Shown here: positions 13,576-17,306 of the stretch, piece by piece | How the letters are laid out: each line of letters starts with the position of its first letter | Position numbering within the stretch: the stretch's first letter is position 1 | NCBI GenBank assembly: GCA_030586555.1 | Contig: JAURAC010000046.1 | Span: 1 to 17,306, forward strand | DNA length: 17,306 nt | Direction: 5' to 3' | Origin: Candidatus Subterrananammoxibius californiae | GTDB lineage: Bacteria; Planctomycetota; Brocadiia; Brocadiales; Subterrananammoxibiaceae | Made by a program: the position numbers and the translations under genes | The notes under the pieces: generated by a model | Databases searched by the model: none | What the model was told of the DNA's origin: nothing | The model's input: only the letters and a program-made list of their open reading frames with translations

Positions 13576-14862
13576 ATGAAGCAGAAGAGGAAAAAGGTTG
13601 TATTGGCGTATTCAGGAGGGCTTGATACCTCGGTAGCCATAAGGTGGCTGCAGGAAAAATACGACATGGATGTAATAGCCCTTACCATTGATTTGGGTAC
13701 GGTAAAGGACTTGCCTGCTATTAAGGAGAAGGCGCTTAAAATTGGAGCAATTAAAGCGCTGGTGGTTGATGCAAGAGAAACCTTCCTTCGTTACTTTATC
13801 TTTCCTGCGCTTCAGGCTGGTGCAATGTATGAGGGGGTATATCCATTGGCAACGGCTCTCGGAAGACCATTGATAGCAAAACTATTAGCGGATACTGCTA
13901 TTGAGGAAGGCGCAGAGGCTGTTGCTCACGGCTGTACAGGCAAGGGAAATGACCAGGTGAGGTTCGAGCTTGCCCTTCAGGCGTTGTCGCCACAACTACA
14001 GGTTATTGCCCCTGTGCGTGAATGGAAGATGTCAAGGGATGAGGAGATAAGATATGCACAAGAACATCAAATTCCTGTGGAGGCAACTATTAAGAGTCCT
14101 TACAGCGTTGATGAAAATCTATGGGGACGGGCTATTGAGTGCGGCATCTTAGAGGACCCATGGGTCGAGCCGCCAGAGGATGCCTATAAATGGACACGCA
14201 GTATTGATAAAGCTCCCGATAGACCCAGATATATCGAAATTGGTTTTGATAATGGCATTCCTGTGTCCCTTAATGGGGAGAAAATGGATGGGCTTGGGCT
14301 AATTCATGAGCTAAATATTCTTGCCGGTAAGCATGGTATCGGACGCATTGACCATATTGAAAATCGCCTCGTGGGCATAAAGTCGAGGGAAATCTATGAA
14401 GCTCCAGCCGCTGTTGTCCTCCATCAGGCGCACAAAGCCATTGAAGGGATGACGATGACAAAGGACGCCCTGCGGTTTAAAGAGACGGTTTCAACGCAAT
14501 ATGCCGATTTGATATACAATGGGCTCTGGTTCTCAGCCTTGCATCAGGATTTGGTAGCATACGTGCTGAGCAGTCAGCGGTTCGTTACCGGGACAGCACG
14601 GGTAAGATTGCATAAGGGGTCGTGCACTGTGGTGGGCCGCAGGTCTCCAGTTTCCCTTTACAGCCACGCACTTGCAACATACGATGGTGCGGACGCCTTT
14701 GACCATAATGCTGCCGTAGGCTTCATTAAAATCTACGGCTTGCCCTCAAAGACACAGGCGCAAACACAGATGAAGGCGCTTATGGCAGGGGAGACCATCC
14801 ATGTAGATTCAATTGTTCCACCAAAGGTTAAACCGAAGAAACTGGCAAGACGAAAAAAATAG
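13576..14862 (+). CDS. argG: Argininosuccinate synthase
   Basis: LAYSGGLDTS, HGCTGKGNDQVRFE, YSVDENLWGRAIECG, ENRLVGIKSREIYEAP. ATG 13576 follows TAAGGT; the ORF-track extension from 13414 is not homologous. Confidence 0.97.
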   Translation: MKQKRKKVVLAYSGGLDTSVAIRWLQEKYDMDVIALTIDLGTVKDLPAIKEKALKIGAIKALVVDARETFLRYFIFPALQAGAMYEGVYPLATALGRPLIAKLLADTAIEEGAEAVAHGCTGKGNDQVRFELALQALSPQLQVIAPVREWKMSRDEEIRYAQEHQIPVEATIKSPYSVDENLWGRAIECGILEDPWVEPPEDAYKWTRSIDKAPDRPRYIEIGFDNGIPVSLNGEKMDGLGLIHELNILAGKHGIGRIDHIENRLVGIKSREIYEAPAAVVLHQAHKAIEGMTMTKDALRFKETVSTQYADLIYNGLWFSALHQDLVAYVLSSQRFVTGTARVRLHKGSCTVVGRRSPVSLYSHALATYDGADAFDHNAAVGFIKIYGLPSKTQAQTQMKALMAGETIHVDSIVPPKVKPKKLARRKK

Positions 14863-14906
14863 TGGTAAGGGACGAGGTTTTATGCCACATTTTTCAAAAA
14901 ATAAAC

Positions 14907-15845
14907 TTACTCCTTTAGTTCGTACAAATCCTTTCTTCTGTGCTGGAACAGGGGCATTTCTTTTCTGATATTTTTCAGCAGTCCAGGGTCTAATGTTGAT
15001 GTAATTACAGTTTCGCCGTCGTTGCCTGCTTCGGCTAATACCCTTCCATAAGGGTCAATTATCATGCTTCTGCCGTAACTTTTGAGTCCGTTAGGGTGCG
15101 TTCCAAATTGATTTGCGGCTACAATGAAGACCTGGTTTTCTATTGCACGTGCTTTAAGCAATGCTTCCCAGTGAAATCTGCCTGTAGCCGCCGTGAAGGC
15201 ACAGGGTATGAATATAACCTGCACGCCTCTTAAGGCTAAAACCCTGAAAAGCTCCGGAAATCGCAAATCATAACAAATTGCAATACCGGCAAGAAGCCCC
15301 TCAATTTCTACGGTAACAATCTGGTCTCCTGCCACTACCCCCTGCGATTCCTTAAAAGAAACATGTCCGGGAATATCTACATCGAACAGGTGAATCTTCC
15401 TGTAGACTTGCATAATCTTGCCTTCTGAGTTCAATATTACACTTGCGTTATAAGCCTTATTGGTAGGGGCAGGTTTCAAACTTGCCCCTACTGCCTTCTC
15501 ATAGATGCTGCCACAAATTATGTTTATTTTATTTTTCTTTGCTTTTTTCCTTAGAACATTAATTGTTGGGCCGTTGATATTTTCTGCACATCTCACCATT
15601 GCTACCATTGTAGTGTAGCAATTAAACATCTCTGGTAGAACCACAACCCTTGCCCCGACCTCTGTGGCACGGTCAATAAGCCCGCAGGCGATTTTTAGAT
15701 TATTTTCCTTATCCCCACAGGAATTGAGCTGAATGGCAGCAACGGTTACCTCAGCCCCCTCACCAGTCTTCTCCCCTCGGGGGAGAGGGTTAGGGTGAGG
15801 GGGGCATATAGTTCGTTGTCTACCGCTTTTTTGTAAGAAGGCCAT
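14907..15845 (-). CDS. Carbon-nitrogen hydrolase (nitrilase superfamily, Nit1/YafV-like amidase)
   Basis: Catalytic triad motifs LPEMF, YRKIHLFDV and ICYDLRFPE; also ARAIENQ and YGRSMIIDPYG. The start is uncertain because the N-terminus is partly repeat-derived. Confidence 0.9.
   Translation of the reverse strand: MAFLQKSGRQRTICPPHPNPLPRGEKTGEGAEVTVAAIQLNSCGDKENNLKIACGLIDRATEVGARVVVLPEMFNCYTTMVAMVRCAENINGPTINVLRKKAKKNKINIICGSIYEKAVGASLKPAPTNKAYNASVILNSEGKIMQVYRKIHLFDVDIPGHVSFKESQGVVAGDQIVTVEIEGLLAGIAICYDLRFPELFRVLALRGVQVIFIPCAFTAATGRFHWEALLKARAIENQVFIVAANQFGTHPNGLKSYGRSMIIDPYGRVLAEAGNDGETVITSTLDPGLLKNIRKEMPLFQHRRKDLYELKE
15463..15491 (-). repeat. GTAG-family REP palindrome in frame in the nitrilase-family gene
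   Basis: Minus strand gtaggggcaagtttgaaacctgcccctac, a near-perfect palindrome; encodes VGASLKPAPT between GSIYEKA and NKAYNAS. Confidence 0.9.
15754..15805. repeat. ~50-bp CCCTCACCC...CTCCCC-GGGGAGA...GGTGAGGG palindrome at the nitrilase 5' end
   Basis: gccccctcacc-agtcttctcccc-tcg-ggggagagggtta-gggtgaggggggc; encodes PPHPNPLPRGEKTGEG on the minus strand. Confidence 0.88.
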
Positions 15846-16464
15846 CTCTAATCCTGTCCATTATCTGGTCGCTAATTTTCTTGTAAAACTCATGGTCACC
15901 CTTTCGCCTTTGGCATTCATCCCAATCAAGCGTCATGGGCTTATGATAATGCACGCATATCCTCTTGGGCAGAGGAAACATCCTTGTTCTTGGCCATGCC
16001 TCAAATGCGCCGGTTATTGTAACGGGCACAATCAGTGCGTGTGCACGGACGGCAATGAGTGCAATACCTGGTTTTGCATCATGCACTTGACCATCTGGAC
16101 TTCTGCCACCCTCTGGAAAGATGCCTAATACATCTCCTTTCTTCAGTGTCTTTATTGCCTCGCTAAAGGTTCTTTTATCTACCTTAGATTGATTAACAGG
16201 GAAGGCTCCGCATAATCTTATAATGGTACTAAGTACAGGAACGTGGAAATAACCCTCAAGCGTCATGAACCTGACCCATCTTTTCTGTCCAATCCCAACA
16301 ACAATTGGGTCGTAAAAGCTTACATGATTAGCTACAAGCAGTACGGGGCCGTTTTCAGGTACATTTTCTGCACCGTAGAACTTAATCCCATGGAATAACT
16401 TAAAGTAAATATAAGCAACAAATTTTATAAAAATAATTGGCAGTCTATTTATAACTTCTCTCAT
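15820..16464 (-). CDS. plsC: Lysophospholipid (1-acyl-sn-glycerol-3-phosphate) acyltransferase family protein
   Basis: NHVSFYD (HX4D), GAFPV, IFPEGGRS, IVPV. ATG 16464 has AAGGA upstream; 16494 is an alternative start. Confidence 0.85.
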   Translation of the reverse strand: MREVINRLPIIFIKFVAYIYFKLFHGIKFYGAENVPENGPVLLVANHVSFYDPIVVGIGQKRWVRFMTLEGYFHVPVLSTIIRLCGAFPVNQSKVDKRTFSEAIKTLKKGDVLGIFPEGGRSPDGQVHDAKPGIALIAVRAHALIVPVTITGAFEAWPRTRMFPLPKRICVHYHKPMTLDWDECQRRKGDHEFYKKISDQIMDRIRDGLLTKKR

Positions 16465-16558
16465 ACTATCATTCCTTTTAACATATAGTCGCATTCAAGT
16501 CAAATCCAAAAGTTTGTAAAGTATGATATAGACATGGGTAATACGAAAATGTCAGGTT

Positions 16559-17122
16559 TTAGATGCCAAACTTCGCCCCGGCGTGCATCAGTAGTAAAAT
16601 TATATGGCAGGAGGCATCGAGGGCTGATGTATAACAAAGCGCTTCCTCTAAGGTCTGACCTATTGCAAAACTTCCGTGTCCACGAACGATGACAATCTTG
16701 TGGCCTTTTAAAATCTCTGACGCCTGCATGGCAACATCCTTTGAACCCACCGTTTTCTTAGACGTTATAACAGGAACCTCCCCGAGGAGGATGGCGCCCT
16801 CCGAATCCTTCGGCATAACGGTTTCACTTATGAACGATAAGGCGGTGGCATGCAAAGGGTGTGCATGGATAATTGCCTTTGCACTCGTTTTCTGATAGAT
16901 TGCCCGATGTACAGGAAGCTCTATAGAGGCACGGAGGGTATTTGTATCCTTTCCCTTGAGATGCATCTCGACAATACTATTTTCTTTCAGATGACCGAGC
17001 ATCGAACCACGGCGTGTGATAATGATTTTATTATCCTTTCGCACGCTAATATTTCCGCCATGCGAGGTAACCAACCCCATCGCCAGAAGGGCATGCCCGA
17101 TTTTCTGGAACAATTCATACAT
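16559..17122 (-). CDS. Class II aldolase/adducin family protein (fuculose-1-phosphate aldolase-like)
   Basis: GGNISVR, SIELPVHRAIY, IIHAHP and VRGHGSF metal-binding motifs. Confidence 0.88.
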   Translation of the reverse strand: MYELFQKIGHALLAMGLVTSHGGNISVRKDNKIIITRRGSMLGHLKENSIVEMHLKGKDTNTLRASIELPVHRAIYQKTSAKAIIHAHPLHATALSFISETVMPKDSEGAILLGEVPVITSKKTVGSKDVAMQASEILKGHKIVIVRGHGSFAIGQTLEEALCYTSALDASCHIILLLMHAGAKFGI

Positions 17123-17306
17123 ACTTGCGTCTATTATACCTTAGTTTGAGTATCTTGAGTATAATCACGAAAACAAGCGTTACGCTGTTTGCCAGGATAA
17201 TAGCCGGGTCCTTTCTAAGAATCCCGTAAAGAAGCCAGAGCGCAATCCCAATGCTAAAACCAATCAACATAATCCATGAAAAATCAGCCACGCTCTTGGT
17301 CCTGTA
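17115..17306 (-). CDS. SemiSWEET / PQ-loop family small transporter, 5'-partial (not in ORF track)
   Basis: My translation: YRTKSVADFSWIMLIGFSIGIALWLLYGILRKDPAIILANSVTLVFVIILKILKLRYNRRKYV*. It matches the SemiSWEET pattern (TKS..D.S...LW..YG....D..II.AN). The stop overlaps the aldolase start. Confidence 0.85.
   Translation of the reverse strand, partial: YRTKSVADFSWIMLIGFSIGIALWLLYGILRKDPAIILANSVTLVFVIILKILKLRYNRRKYV

Noticed and set aside
14863..14906. Possible degenerate REP or terminator between converging argG and nitrilase genes (gtgg...ccac)
   Set aside because: The stem is too short and irregular to support either call.

Overview
A chromosomal, mostly housekeeping window of moderate GC from a probably anaerobic bacterium (the repertoire is compatible with an anammox-related planctomycete, but that is inference only). 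In order: 5'-truncated 2-hydroxyacyl-CoA dehydratase-family gene; frameshifted YqaA/DedA pseudogene; AT-rich GmrSD-like (DUF262 + HNH) nuclease gene beside tRNA-Pro(CGG); htpX; a small acidic 2xCxxC protein; leuC; a 1466-aa fused ATP-dependent CoA-enzyme activase; leuD; HDAC-family deacetylase; RNase HI; a ~500-nt structured intergenic region; argG; and a minus-strand run of SemiSWEET (partial), class II aldolase, PlsC-like acyltransferase and nitrilase-family genes. The most unusual signal is below gene scale. About a dozen loci carry tiny (15-110 bp) palindromes or heptamer arrays from roughly five families. Most sit in frame inside conserved enzymes, two are nested inside another palindrome, and two appear to have displaced start codons (leuD, nitrilase). 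No transposase, integrase or CRISPR array is present.
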